Assembly (NCBI GenBank): GCA_964611575.1
Contig: CAZTAJ010000001.1
Coordinates: 5,873-69,872 of the forward strand
Source of the DNA: an uncultured Verrucomicrobiota bacterium
Lineage (GTDB): Bacteria > Verrucomicrobiota > Kiritimatiellia > CAIKKV01 > CAITUY01
DNA length: 64,000 nt
Direction of reading: 5' to 3'
Of the stretch, positions 17,648 through 27,960 are shown piece after piece. The notes below the pieces were generated by a model. It did not search any database, was not told the DNA's origin, and worked only from the letters and a program-made list of their open reading frames with translations. Within the stretch, counting starts at the first letter, position 1; every line of letters starts with the position of its first letter. A program made the position numbers and the translations under genes.

Positions 17648-18634
17648 TCAGAAATTCAGACTGAGCGCGGTGGAGACTTGGAGATCGTTCTTCTCGCGAT
17701 CCGGCGCAGGGGCATGGTCGTAACGGTCCTCGAGGACGACCTTCAGGCAGAGGTTGCGGGCCAGCTTGGAGGATATCCCCGCCTCGGTGTTGACGAAGAA
17801 CACGCTCGTGTCGGCGAATTTCGGAATGTACTCGGTGGCGCACCAGGCCAGGACGTAAGCATTCAACAGTCGTTCGACGGAGGCCGCCAGGCGTCCCGCG
17901 GCGAACCCTTCCCGGTCCGCCTGTTTCTTCTCTTCCATGTAACCGGCGCCGGCCTCGATGTTCAGGATGGCGGAGGACGATCGTTCAATGTGCCAGCCGG
18001 GCGAGACAATGGCCGTCAGGCGGTAGTCGAGGTCCGCGATGGTGTCCGTGAGCCAGTCGGCGTAACCGAGCGCGTAGGTACGGGCGGTGAGTTGCCGCTC
18101 ATACCGTGCGCGGATCGAGGTATTCTCGGTGTCCTTGGTGTCATCGCTCTTGCCGTACTGGGTCTGGGCGCCGAGACGCACGAGATCCCTGTCGCGGTCG
18201 CGGACCGCGTCGAGCCCGAGTGAGTAGCGCAGCGTATCGCTGTTGCCTTTCGTCATATTCATGCCGAAATCGATCGCCCGTCGCCAGGCCGGGGCGGGCG
18301 TGTCCGCGGCGACCGGCTCCTGGGCGGGCAGCGCGAGGGTGCGCCCGGCGACGCTGAACTTGCCCTGCCCGGGCTGGAGGAACACTGCGTGCACGGCGGC
18401 GCCGCTCGGCCCGGGGGTGGCGGTGGCGGCGTTCGTCCTGGCGGGGGCGTTGGTGACCGTCGGCGTGGTGACGACGGGGGTGGTCGGGGGCGTGGCGTTG
18501 TTTGTCAGCACCGTGATCAGCCCGTTGGTGGCATCAGCCCGGGTGCGCGGCGCAGACAGCAGGGCCAACGCCAAGAGGCAAAGACCGAGCTGAATCCCTG
18601 AACCCTGAACCCCAAACCCTGAACCCTTCCTCAC
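17648..18634 (-). CDS. DUF481 (YdiY-like) outer-membrane protein
   Basis: The C-terminal ~200 aa match the DUF481 beta-barrel pattern and end in ...STALSLNF. I prefer the GTG start at 18634. It has GGAGGTG upstream and overlaps the upstream gene's TGA (GTGA). It gives the signal peptide MRKGSGFGVQGSGIQLGLCLLALALLSAPRTRA. Confidence 0.7.
   Translation of the reverse strand: MRKGSGFGVQGSGIQLGLCLLALALLSAPRTRADATNGLITVLTNNATPPTTPVVTTPTVTNAPARTNAATATPGPSGAAVHAVFLQPGQGKFSVAGRTLALPAQEPVAADTPAPAWRRAIDFGMNMTKGNSDTLRYSLGLDAVRDRDRDLVRLGAQTQYGKSDDTKDTENTSIRARYERQLTARTYALGYADWLTDTIADLDYRLTAIVSPGWHIERSSSAILNIEAGAGYMEEKKQADREGFAAGRLAASVERLLNAYVLAWCATEYIPKFADTSVFFVNTEAGISSKLARNLCLKVVLEDRYDHAPAPDREKNDLQVSTALSLNF
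18591..18626 (-). repeat. heptanucleotide tandem array (GGGTTCA-type, 5 units)
   Basis: On the minus strand it reads GGGTTCA GGGTTTG GGGTTCA GGGTTCA GGGATTCA. It lies in the predicted signal-peptide n-region of the DUF481 gene. Confidence 0.8.
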
Positions 18635-19965
18635 CGTCCCACCTCCCGGTACCGTTTCCGTGCATCGCGCGCCCAATCGAGCATGACCGCCTGGCGGCGC
18701 CGCGGGTCCTTCCAGTCTGCGGCGAGGGCGTCCAGGGCCTGCTCCGTAAGCGGCGTCGCGCCGAGGGCCGCCGTGTCGGCCGCCGCGGCGCCGCGGTTGA
18801 TCACGCGTTTCCAGGCGTCGCGCAGGTCGGGGTGCGCATCGATCAGCCACACGCCCATCAGGTCGTTCAACACATTCCAGCGCCGCGTACCCTTGTCGTT
18901 GTCATAGATGAACCCGGCGGGAATGGTGTAGGGGTTCGGTTGCGGGGCGGCGGGATCGGCGTAGAGCGCCTCGGCGACCGGCATGCGATAGAGCGCGTGG
19001 CGCTGGCCGTTGACGCCCACGGACTGGTAGAGCAGGCGCTGGCCGTCGTCGGAGAGTGCATATTCCACGAAGCGGCGGGCCAGTTCGGCCCGCGGCGTGC
19101 CACGAATGAGCCCGATGGCGTCGGGGCCGATCATGGTGTGCTGCTTCGGCAGCACCAGCACGAGCGAATCGCCGCCGACCGACCGGATGACGGTCTGGGC
19201 GTACTGATCGATGACCATGCCGGCAGCGATATCGCCCGCCGCCACTTCACGCGGCACCACGCCGCCGGCTTCGCCGAAACTGCGGATGTTGGCGCAGAGT
19301 CGCGTAAGGATCGACCAGCCTTCCTCGAAACCGTACGCCTGCAGGATGATCTCGTAACACATGTGGACGGACCCGCTCGAACGCGGGTCGCCGGACCCCA
19401 CCCAGCCGGAATACTCCGGGCGGGCCAGGTCGGTCCAGTCGGCCGGCACGGGCAGGCGCAGCCGGTCGACCAGCGGCCGGTTGTAGAGAATGCCGAAACC
19501 GCTGAGCGCGACGCCAAACCAGCGGTGTTCGGGATCGTAGACGGGAGTGCCTGCGCACATCGGCGGGATGCCGGCCACGATGTTCGTCGGCAGGTCGAGC
19601 GGCGCCAGCCAGTGCTGCTCGATCGCCGTCAGGTAGGGCGCCACGCCGCCGCCGAACATCAGGTCGACGCCGGGATTGTCCGGGGTCGTGGCGAACCGGG
19701 ACTCGAGTTCCTTGAGGATCTTCGCCGTGCCGCCGACGTCGAGCCAGCGGATATCGACGTGCCGGTGGTGCCGGGTTTCCATCCAGGTCGCGAACCCGCG
19801 CGCGTATTCCAGGCGCACCTCGCGCCGGTGCGGGGAGAGGATGGTCAGGGTCTCGGCGGCCGCCCCGGTCTGGTCCCGAACGGCGGCAGGCCGGTGCGAC
19901 CCGAGCCTGACGAGGAACGGCAGGGCGGCAATAAGGACAAAAGCGACTCCGGCGGCGGTGCGCAT
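18631..19965 (-). CDS. extracellular solute-binding protein (ABC-type, iron(III)/family-1-like)
   Basis: 444 aa with an N-terminal signal anchor. It resembles periplasmic binding proteins (ILSPH...GVDLMFGGG...GDIAAGMVIDQYA). No permease or ATPase gene is adjacent. Confidence 0.75.
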   Translation of the reverse strand: MRTAAGVAFVLIAALPFLVRLGSHRPAAVRDQTGAAAETLTILSPHRREVRLEYARGFATWMETRHHRHVDIRWLDVGGTAKILKELESRFATTPDNPGVDLMFGGGVAPYLTAIEQHWLAPLDLPTNIVAGIPPMCAGTPVYDPEHRWFGVALSGFGILYNRPLVDRLRLPVPADWTDLARPEYSGWVGSGDPRSSGSVHMCYEIILQAYGFEEGWSILTRLCANIRSFGEAGGVVPREVAAGDIAAGMVIDQYAQTVIRSVGGDSLVLVLPKQHTMIGPDAIGLIRGTPRAELARRFVEYALSDDGQRLLYQSVGVNGQRHALYRMPVAEALYADPAAPQPNPYTIPAGFIYDNDKGTRRWNVLNDLMGVWLIDAHPDLRDAWKRVINRGAAAADTAALGATPLTEQALDALAADWKDPRRRQAVMLDWARDARKRYREVGR

Positions 19966-19979
19966 GGGCGACGATCCTG

Positions 19980-21368
19980 TCAGGTCAGGTCCACGCGCTC
20001 GCCATACGAGGGCACGGCGGCGTCCAGTCGCTGTTCGCGCAGCGTCGCCGCGAAGTGCGCGGCCGTTTCCGGCTCGCCATGGACCACGAAGATCCGGCGC
20101 GGCGGCCGGGCTGGGGCATCGCCCAGCCAGCGCAGTAGTTCGTCACGGTCGGCGTGGGCCGAGAACCCGGCGATCTGCTCGATCCTGGCGCGGACGGTCA
20201 GGGTCTGCCCCAGGATGCGCACGGGACTCGTTCCGTTGAGAATGAACCGACCCAGCGTGCCCATAGCCTGGTAGCCGACGAACAGGACCGTGCTTTCGCG
20301 CCGGCTGATGTTATTGACCAGGTGGTGCTTGACGCGGCCGCCCGTGCACATGCCGGCCCCGGCCATCACGGCGACGGTCCCGCTGATGTGGTTGATGCCC
20401 TTGGACTCATCGACCGTGCGCACGAGTTTGAGCCCCGAGAACCGGAACGGCGATCGGTTCGCCTCCATCCGCTGGCGCATCTCCTCGTCCATCAGGGCCA
20501 GGTTGCGGTCGAACACATCGATGACATTGACGGCCATGGGACTGTCGACGAAGACCATCAGGTGCGGGATGCGGTTGGCGGTCAACAGGTCGTTGAGGTA
20601 GTAGAGCACTTCCTGGGCGCGCTCGATGGCGAAGGTCGGGATGATGAGATTGCCGCCACGCTGGCGCGTCTGGTTCACGATCTCGGCCAGGCGGTCGGCG
20701 ATGCCGGCAGTATTCTCGTGCAAGCGGTCGCCGTAGGTCGATTCCATCACCACGTAATCCGCCGCCGGGCAGGGCGAGGGGTCGCGCAGGAGTGGGCGGT
20801 CCCAGCGGCCGATGTCGCCGGAGAACACGATCGAGCGGTTGTCGGCAAGGACGAGGATCGAGGCCGAGCCGAGAATATGACCGGCATCGATGAAGGTGGC
20901 TTCGATCCCGGAAAGGACTTCGACCGGCTGGTTGTAGCGCACGGCCTGGAAACGACCGCAACAGGCCTCGACGTCGCTGGCACTGTACAACGCTTCCACC
21001 GGGAAGGGGCTCTTGCGGCGCTCCTTCTCGTGGCGGCGTTTCTTGTACTCGGCATCTTCCGCCTGCAGCTTGGCGGAATCCATCAGTACGATCTTGGCGA
21101 TGTCGCCGGTGGCGGCGGTGCCGAACACCGGGCCGCTGAACCCGTCCCGGACTAGGCGGGGCAGATAGCCGCAGTGGTCGATGTGCGCATGGGTGAGGAG
21201 CACGGCGTCGATGGAGGAGGGCGGCACGGGGAACGGATCCCAGTTGCGGGCCTTCAAGTCGTGTTCCTGGTAAAGACCGCAATCGACCAGCACCCGCCGG
21301 CCAGCGGCTTCAAGCAGGTGACGCGACCCCGTCACGTTCTGGGCAGCGCCAAGGAAAGTCAGGTTCAT
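19980..21368 (-). CDS. MBL-fold / beta-CASP ribonuclease
   Basis: MNLTFLGAAQNVTGS..., the metallo-beta-lactamase motif HAHIDHCG, and a C-terminal RNA-specificity domain. I prefer the start at 21368 over 21407. Confidence 0.85.
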   Translation of the reverse strand: MNLTFLGAAQNVTGSRHLLEAAGRRVLVDCGLYQEHDLKARNWDPFPVPPSSIDAVLLTHAHIDHCGYLPRLVRDGFSGPVFGTAATGDIAKIVLMDSAKLQAEDAEYKKRRHEKERRKSPFPVEALYSASDVEACCGRFQAVRYNQPVEVLSGIEATFIDAGHILGSASILVLADNRSIVFSGDIGRWDRPLLRDPSPCPAADYVVMESTYGDRLHENTAGIADRLAEIVNQTRQRGGNLIIPTFAIERAQEVLYYLNDLLTANRIPHLMVFVDSPMAVNVIDVFDRNLALMDEEMRQRMEANRSPFRFSGLKLVRTVDESKGINHISGTVAVMAGAGMCTGGRVKHHLVNNISRRESTVLFVGYQAMGTLGRFILNGTSPVRILGQTLTVRARIEQIAGFSAHADRDELLRWLGDAPARPPRRIFVVHGEPETAAHFAATLREQRLDAAVPSYGERVDLT

Positions 21369-21436
21369 GATGCCGGAGAGTATGCCCCAGTCGGACGGCA
21401 ACTTCAACGCTCAACACATCCTGCCACACCGAAGAG

Positions 21437-21466
21437 TTGACGCCCATCGTCAATGATGCATACAAT
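21437..21466 (+). promoter_or_regulatory. sigma70-like promoter candidate TTGACG-17-TACAAT
   Basis: TTGACG at 21437-21442, a 17-nt spacer, then TACAAT at 21461-21466. This conflicts with the tracked PilZ start at 21453, so that start may lie downstream (ATG 21465, GTG 21474 or GTG 21507). Confidence 0.35.
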
Positions 21467-21857
21467 GGGTGCCGTGGATCTCGTCCAAGACACACCACCG
21501 GTCGTGGAGAAGCGCAGATTTCCGCGTTTCAGAGAAAGTTTGCCTTTCGCTTTGACAGCCCATGCCGAGTGCGCACATCCTCCCGGGATTGGCCCAGCCA
21601 TCGTGTTCAGAACGACCGACGACGTTTCAGAGGGGGGGCTTCGATTTCAGCACAAGTCGATCCTCAAGATCGGCACGCTCCTGAAGGTCTTCCTGATGAT
21701 TCCCGAGACGTTTCAGCTTGTGTGCCGCACGGCAATGGTGCGATCCTGCCAACAACTTGACCATGGCGATCAGTTTTCAACGGGGCTTCACTTCGTGACG
21801 GATGCCGATCCCGCTGACCCTTGGTCTGCTTACATTCGCGCAAAAGTAGCGGCGTAA
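21453..21857 (+). CDS. PilZ domain protein (c-di-GMP receptor family)
   Basis: It carries the two PilZ motifs RRFPR and DVSEGG. The start is uncertain (see the promoter candidate). Confidence 0.7.
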   Translation: MMHTMGAVDLVQDTPPVVEKRRFPRFRESLPFALTAHAECAHPPGIGPAIVFRTTDDVSEGGLRFQHKSILKIGTLLKVFLMIPETFQLVCRTAMVRSCQQLDHGDQFSTGLHFVTDADPADPWSAYIRAKVAA

Positions 21858-21905
21858 CCCCGGCGGCAGCGCTTGAGCTGCCCGACAGGAAAGGGATAGG
21901 ATACG

Positions 21906-22334
21906 ATGACAGCGTCTCGTTGCCGCGCCCCGGGGTTCACGCTCGTGGAGATCATGATCGTCGTAGCCATCATCGGCGTCCTTGCCGCCCTTGCGATCCC
22001 CAGCTTCCAGAAAGCCCGAATCAAGTCGCAGAACAACGCGTTCATCAACGACCTGCGGATTATTGAGGGCGCGATCAACATGTGTATCATGGAAAACAAG
22101 AGTTGCCCGGCTGATGTGAATGAAATGATCATGCCCCCGGAACTGGCCCCGTACCTGAAGACTATGGACTGGTCGAAACCCACGCCGATTGGCGGCTACT
22201 GGGATTATGACCGCGATTGGGGCATGAAATGCGGCATCGGGGTGAAGGACCCGTCGAGAACGGCCGCGGAGATGGCGACGCTCGGGAACTTCACCAATTT
22301 CGGTGGCCAATACATCGTCGTCATCATTCCGTGA
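21906..22334 (+). CDS. prepilin-type N-terminal cleavage/methylation domain protein (pseudopilin-like)
   Basis: N-terminus ...GFTLVEIMIVVAIIGVLAALAIPSF. Confidence 0.8.
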   Translation: MTASRCRAPGFTLVEIMIVVAIIGVLAALAIPSFQKARIKSQNNAFINDLRIIEGAINMCIMENKSCPADVNEMIMPPELAPYLKTMDWSKPTPIGGYWDYDRDWGMKCGIGVKDPSRTAAEMATLGNFTNFGGQYIVVIIP

Positions 22335-22448
22335 TTGCGGCGCCCCGACATCGGGTGGCAATGCGGAGGCGGCAGAAGATGCATTGGCTTTTCCCGTTCT
22401 TCAGGGTAGTGTAACCGGGAACGCAACAGCATACGGAAGGACCCCATC

Positions 22449-22952
22449 ATGGCGACGATCACACTCAAGGGAACCCCGATTCAAACCGTTGGCATGCTCC
22501 CGAAACCAGGCGCCAAGGCGCCGGCATTCAAACTCACGAAAGAGGACTTGTCGGACGTTGGCCTGGAAGCGTTTGCCGGGAAGAAGAAGATTCTCAACAT
22601 CGTGCCGAGCCTGGACACCGGCGTGTGCGCCATGTCGGCCAAGACATTCGACCGGGCGGTGTCCGCCCTGGCGGATACGGTCCTCCTGAACATCTCGGCG
22701 GACCTGCCGTTCGCGCAGAAGCGGTTTTGCGAGAGCGCCGATCTCAAGACCATCGTCAACCTCTCGACGTTCCGCGCCCCGGCCTTCGGCAAGGACTACG
22801 GCGTTACGATCACGACCGGGCCGCTCGCCGGTCTGCTGAGCCGCGCGGTGCTGGTGCTGGATAAGGACGACAAGGTGGTCCATGCCGAACAGGTCCCTGA
22901 GATCGCCCAGGAGCCGAACTACGACGCCGCCCTGTTCGCCGTGAAGAAGTAA
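22449..22952 (+). CDS. tpx: thiol peroxidase
   Basis: 167 aa. It carries PSLDTGVC (peroxidatic Cys) and the resolving Cys context FCES. Confidence 0.9.
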   Translation: MATITLKGTPIQTVGMLPKPGAKAPAFKLTKEDLSDVGLEAFAGKKKILNIVPSLDTGVCAMSAKTFDRAVSALADTVLLNISADLPFAQKRFCESADLKTIVNLSTFRAPAFGKDYGVTITTGPLAGLLSRAVLVLDKDDKVVHAEQVPEIAQEPNYDAALFAVKK

Positions 22953-23018
22953 AGGCGATGCCTTCGTCGGTCCCCGGGTAGGGCGGCGGCATCCCTGCCG
23001 CGCCTCTTCAGCTTGGTG

Positions 23019-23717
23019 TCACGGAGACACGTCCACCATGCCCCGCAGTGCGGTGCGGCCGTGGCGATGCTCGAATCGGAAGACAGGTTTCCCCAAGGCC
23101 TGTACGCTGCCGTCCTCGGCGACTCGCAGCGCGGCGCCGGATGGGATGCCGTAGCCGATAGTCTCGCTCGGTTGGAGGCGCAGCAGGGCGTGCAATTCTT
23201 CCCAGTCGTCTTCTTCTGCGTGGCAATCGCATAACAGGCGCGCGAACCCCAGGCAGGGAAACGCTTCCGCCGTGGTGTCGTCATCCGGATCGCGCCACCG
23301 CACCCAGGCGCGGGCGAGCATGATGCTGCCGGCGGACAGGCCGAAGAATGGCCGGCCGGCGCGGTATAACCGATGCAGCAGGGCATCCATCCGCAGTCGG
23401 TGCAGGAGCGCCATACCCGCCTCTACGTCGCCGCCCGTGACGTAGATGAGGTCGGATGTTTCCAGCACACGGCGCGCTTCATCGAGATCGGCGTTGCGGC
23501 CGGCCATGGGCGCCAGCCGCACCGGGCCTGAGCCGGAGGCTTTGAAGAGGGTCGTCAGCCATTTCAGGAACCCGGCGTCATCATCGCTGGCTGCGCCGAC
23601 GTAGGCGATGGAGGGGGCGGCGGAGCCGGCTTGAGCGAAGATGCCGTGAAGGATCGGGTCGGAACCCTTGCGGGCCTGTCCATGACCGCCGGCGAGAAGA
23701 TGGATGGGGAGGCTCAT
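23019..23717 (-). CDS. S51 peptidase (peptidase E / cyanophycinase-like, class-I glutamine-amidotransferase-like fold)
   Basis: IYVTGGD and FFGLSAGSIML (GxSAG nucleophile elbow). I prefer the start at MSLPIHLL (23717). It lies 7 nt downstream of the ligase gene's stop. Confidence 0.65.
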   Translation of the reverse strand: MSLPIHLLAGGHGQARKGSDPILHGIFAQAGSAAPSIAYVGAASDDDAGFLKWLTTLFKASGSGPVRLAPMAGRNADLDEARRVLETSDLIYVTGGDVEAGMALLHRLRMDALLHRLYRAGRPFFGLSAGSIMLARAWVRWRDPDDDTTAEAFPCLGFARLLCDCHAEEDDWEELHALLRLQPSETIGYGIPSGAALRVAEDGSVQALGKPVFRFEHRHGRTALRGMVDVSP

Positions 23718-23724
23718 GGTCCTT

Positions 23725-25017
23725 TCAACTGTGCCACAGCACGGTGTGATCGACGTCATAGTGCGTGTGCGTGAACCGGAACTTGCCGGACGCTTCATGC
23801 TCCAACGCGCCGGCGGCCTTGACAATCAGGCGAGCCCCGGCGCCGTACACCGGTGCCAGGGCGGTTTGGGCCGCGCGTTCCACTTGGTCCGCGGAGCCGT
23901 CATCGGCCAGCACGCGCACCCGGCAGTCGCCGGGCGCGACGGCGTCGAGCTGCCAGCCGCACAGGCCGGGCACGTCGGCCAGCACCACGTCAAGATGGTC
24001 CACCGTCACCGCGCGGCCGTCGGGCGCAAAGGTCACATCCTTCAGACGGCCGTCGATGGAGGCGAGGGTGAGCCCGCCGGTGCGACCGCAGGGGCAGGGG
24101 CCGCGTTCATCGAGGTGCGCGACGTCCCCGATGTCGAAGCGCAGCACGGCGAACCAGGGGTTATCGAAGACGCTGACGAGCAGGCGGCCGAGCGTGGGGC
24201 CCCCGTATTTCGCCTGCCAGGGCATGAAGTCGATCCGGCAGTGGTCCGCGTTCTGGTGCAGGCGGCCGGCTTCGCACTCCATGAGGACATGGCCGGTTTC
24301 GGTGGAGCCGTAAGAACTGGCCATCGGCGCCTGGAACACCGTGCGGATCAGCCGCCGGTAGATGCGCGACGGGAACGAGTAGGTCAGGAAAATGAGCGCG
24401 GGCTGGTGGACGGGCGTGCCGTTCTCGCGCAGACGGCGGGCAAAGGCGGCCAGGTAGGCCGGGTCGGCTTCCAGCACGACCGGCTGGTAGTCGTTGAGTT
24501 CGTCCGCCATGCGACGCACGTCCTCGTCGGTCCAGGTGGCGGGGTTGATTTTTTCGTTGATGTACAGATGCCGGCCGAGCGTACGCCGGGCGGGGGACTG
24601 GGGGTGCGCGGCGTAGCCGGGGCCGACGCAGCGCGGGGAGGCCAGGACAACCTCGCGGTGCGAACCGGTGGTGACCCGCCGGGCGGTGGCGTTGAGTTGC
24701 CAGGCGCCGCGTTCGGACGCCTCCCACCACGGGGCGTGGAAGACAAGCGTGACCTGGTCGTCCGTGCTGCCGCTGGTGGTGGCGTATTCGACTTCGCCCG
24801 CCGCCAGTCCCGCGTGCAGGTCGTGGCCGGACTTGATGAAGCCATGCGGGAAATGGGCGCGCAGTTCCTGTTTGGTCAGGACAGGCAGGGCGGCGTAGCG
24901 TTGATCGAGCGAGGCAACCGGGCCGGGATCGCGGTCCCGCCAGGCGGCATACCCGGGCACCTGCTGCAAAGCGGTTTCCAATGCCACGCGGCTCAATCTG
25001 TCATACGGCGTCGTCAA
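23725..25017 (-). CDS. adenylate-forming ligase, F390-synthetase/CapK-like (COG1541-like paralog)
   Basis: 430 aa. Motifs TTSGSTD, SSYGSTETG and a CPCGR zinc-knuckle-like element, as seen in PaaK/CapK-type enzymes. Confidence 0.75.
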   Translation of the reverse strand: MTTPYDRLSRVALETALQQVPGYAAWRDRDPGPVASLDQRYAALPVLTKQELRAHFPHGFIKSGHDLHAGLAAGEVEYATTSGSTDDQVTLVFHAPWWEASERGAWQLNATARRVTTGSHREVVLASPRCVGPGYAAHPQSPARRTLGRHLYINEKINPATWTDEDVRRMADELNDYQPVVLEADPAYLAAFARRLRENGTPVHQPALIFLTYSFPSRIYRRLIRTVFQAPMASSYGSTETGHVLMECEAGRLHQNADHCRIDFMPWQAKYGGPTLGRLLVSVFDNPWFAVLRFDIGDVAHLDERGPCPCGRTGGLTLASIDGRLKDVTFAPDGRAVTVDHLDVVLADVPGLCGWQLDAVAPGDCRVRVLADDGSADQVERAAQTALAPVYGAGARLIVKAAGALEHEASGKFRFTHTHYDVDHTVLWHS

Positions 25018-25138
25018 GGCGTGTGACTATACATCATCGCCCGGATTTGGCCTAGCCGTGCGTTAACGTCGGGAGAAAAAGGGATTGCCTCCATGGCGCG
25101 GCATGAGGCATGGTCATACCTAATCGGGAGGAACTCAC

Positions 25139-25348
25139 ATGAAGCGCAACACGGCATTGAAGATCCTGAATCCCATTCTCGGCGTCCTTGCCTTGAACCA
25201 GATTCTCACGGGCTTCCTCGGTGACCATCTGTCGCACGAAGCGTTCGAGATCCTGCACGAGGGCGGAGGCATTGCCTTCGGGGTCGTCGCCCTGTTGCAC
25301 GTGATTCTCAACTGGAACTGGGTCAAAGCCAATTTCCGCCGGAGTTGA
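25139..25348 (+). CDS. small two-TM membrane protein (DUF4405-like)
   Basis: 69 aa. GGGAGGA lies upstream of the ATG. It has two hydrophobic helices with conserved-looking His residues. It ends 6 nt before asnS. Confidence 0.5.
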   Translation: MKRNTALKILNPILGVLALNQILTGFLGDHLSHEAFEILHEGGGIAFGVVALLHVILNWNWVKANFRRS

Positions 25349-25354
25349 ACGTTT

Positions 25355-26863
25355 ATGGCCGATCCATCCCCTTTTGCCGCCATTCGGGAACTGCCCGCGC
25401 TGGGGGGACGCACGGTCATCCTGCGCGGGTGGATCCAGGGGAAACGGTCGGGCGGCAAGGTCGTGTTCCTCGTCGTGCGTGACGGCACCGGGGTCTGTCA
25501 GTGCGTGGTGGAGGCGGCCCAGGCCGACGCCTTTGCGGCCGTGCAGGAACTCACGCAGGAATCGTCGCTGGCGGTCAGCGGCGTCGTGCGCCTCGACGCC
25601 CGCGCGCCGGGCGGCGCGGAACTGGCCGTGAGCGGGGTGCACACCCTCCAACTCGCCGCCGAATACCCGATCGCCCGCAAGGCCCACGGGATTGACTTCC
25701 TGATGCAGCACCGCCACCTCTGGCTGCGGTCGGCGCGGCCGTCGGCCATTCTCCGGGTGCGGCACACGATCATTCGCGCCATCCGCGACTTCTTCGACGG
25801 GCACGGTTTCACGCTGGTGGACATGCCGATCCTGCAGGCCGGCGCGGGCGAGGACCGGCAGTCGCTTTTCCCGGTGGACTATTTCGGCGAGAAGGCCTTT
25901 CTGTCGCAAACCGGCCAGCTTCACCTGGAGAGCGCCTGCATGGCGCTGGGCAAGGTGTACTGCTTCGGGCCGACGTTCCGCGCCGAGAAGTCCAAGACGC
26001 GCCGGCACCTGACCGAATTCTGGATGGTCGAGCCCGAGATCGCCTTTGCGGACCTGGATGACGTCATGGCGGTGGCCGAGGACATGGTGTGCGCGGTGAC
26101 GCAAGCAGTGCTGGCCGGCCACCGGGCCGACCTGGCGATGCTAGGCCGGGACCCGGCGGCGCTCGAACGGGCCGGCAGGCCGTTCTACCGGATCACCTAC
26201 ACGGACGCCGTCGACCTGTTGCACAGTGCTGCGGTGCGGGTGCAACTGGAAGCGGAGTTGGAGTCGGACCGGCAGCGTCTGGCGGGGCTGATCGAGGAGT
26301 TGGGGCGGACGGAGGAGGAACTCAAGGCGGCGCGCAAGGGCTGGCAGGTGGAGCAGAAGGAAGCCCGGATCCGGGAACTGCGCGAGGAGATCCACGACCT
26401 TGAACAGGAGGTGCTGGCCCGCCCCGAGCACCTGAAGCTGGCGCAGGCATTTGTCTGGGGCAAGGACCTGGGGGGCAGCGACGAGACGATCCTGGCGCGG
26501 CACTTCGACCGGCCGGTGTTCGTCACCGACTATCCGCGCGACGCCAAGGCGTTCTACATGAAGGTGTCGCCGGCCGATCCGCGGGTGGTTCGCAATTTCG
26601 ATTTGCTGGCGCCCGAGGGGTACGGGGAGATCATTGGCGGCAGCCAGCGCGAGGAGGATCCCGACGTTCTCATCGAGAGCCTGCGTCTCAAGGGGCTGCG
26701 TCCCGAAGACTACGACTGGTACCTCGATCTGCGGCGATACGGCAGCGTGCCCCACGGGGGATTCGGGTTGGGCATCGAGCGCACGGTGGCCTGGCTATGC
26801 GGGCTCAAGCATGTGCGCGAGACCATTCCGTTCCCGCGCACCCTCGGCCGCCTGTATCCGTAG
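25355..26863 (+). CDS. asnS: asparagine--tRNA ligase with an inserted coiled-coil segment
   Basis: Class IIb motifs are present: FRAEKSKTRRHLTEFWMVEPE, GGSQRE and GGFGLGIER, ending in IPFPR. Confidence 0.9.
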   Translation: MADPSPFAAIRELPALGGRTVILRGWIQGKRSGGKVVFLVVRDGTGVCQCVVEAAQADAFAAVQELTQESSLAVSGVVRLDARAPGGAELAVSGVHTLQLAAEYPIARKAHGIDFLMQHRHLWLRSARPSAILRVRHTIIRAIRDFFDGHGFTLVDMPILQAGAGEDRQSLFPVDYFGEKAFLSQTGQLHLESACMALGKVYCFGPTFRAEKSKTRRHLTEFWMVEPEIAFADLDDVMAVAEDMVCAVTQAVLAGHRADLAMLGRDPAALERAGRPFYRITYTDAVDLLHSAAVRVQLEAELESDRQRLAGLIEELGRTEEELKAARKGWQVEQKEARIRELREEIHDLEQEVLARPEHLKLAQAFVWGKDLGGSDETILARHFDRPVFVTDYPRDAKAFYMKVSPADPRVVRNFDLLAPEGYGEIIGGSQREEDPDVLIESLRLKGLRPEDYDWYLDLRRYGSVPHGGFGLGIERTVAWLCGLKHVRETIPFPRTLGRLYP

Positions 26864-26935
26864 GCGGGTACCCCTCACCTCCCACCTCTCGCTCCTCCCT
26901 CACTCATTTCGGCCGCTTGCGGCAAAGCGTGGCGC

Positions 26936-27948
<1,013 letters not shown>

Positions 27949-27960
27949 AACGGGGAACGC

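Noticed and set aside
18591-18626. Tandem repeats here and at 1093-1134, 40004-40048 and elsewhere, considered as possible CRISPR arrays.
   Set aside because: The units are 7-22 bp and directly abutting, with no unique spacers of ~30 bp. No cas genes are present.
22953-23010. Hairpins after tpx (AAGGC-gat-GCCTT and a GC-rich imperfect stem), and CAGGG-gat-CCCTG at 41261-41273, as confident intrinsic terminators.
   Set aside because: The stems are short or imperfect and lack convincing U-tracts. They are plausible terminators between convergent genes but not well enough supported to list as features.
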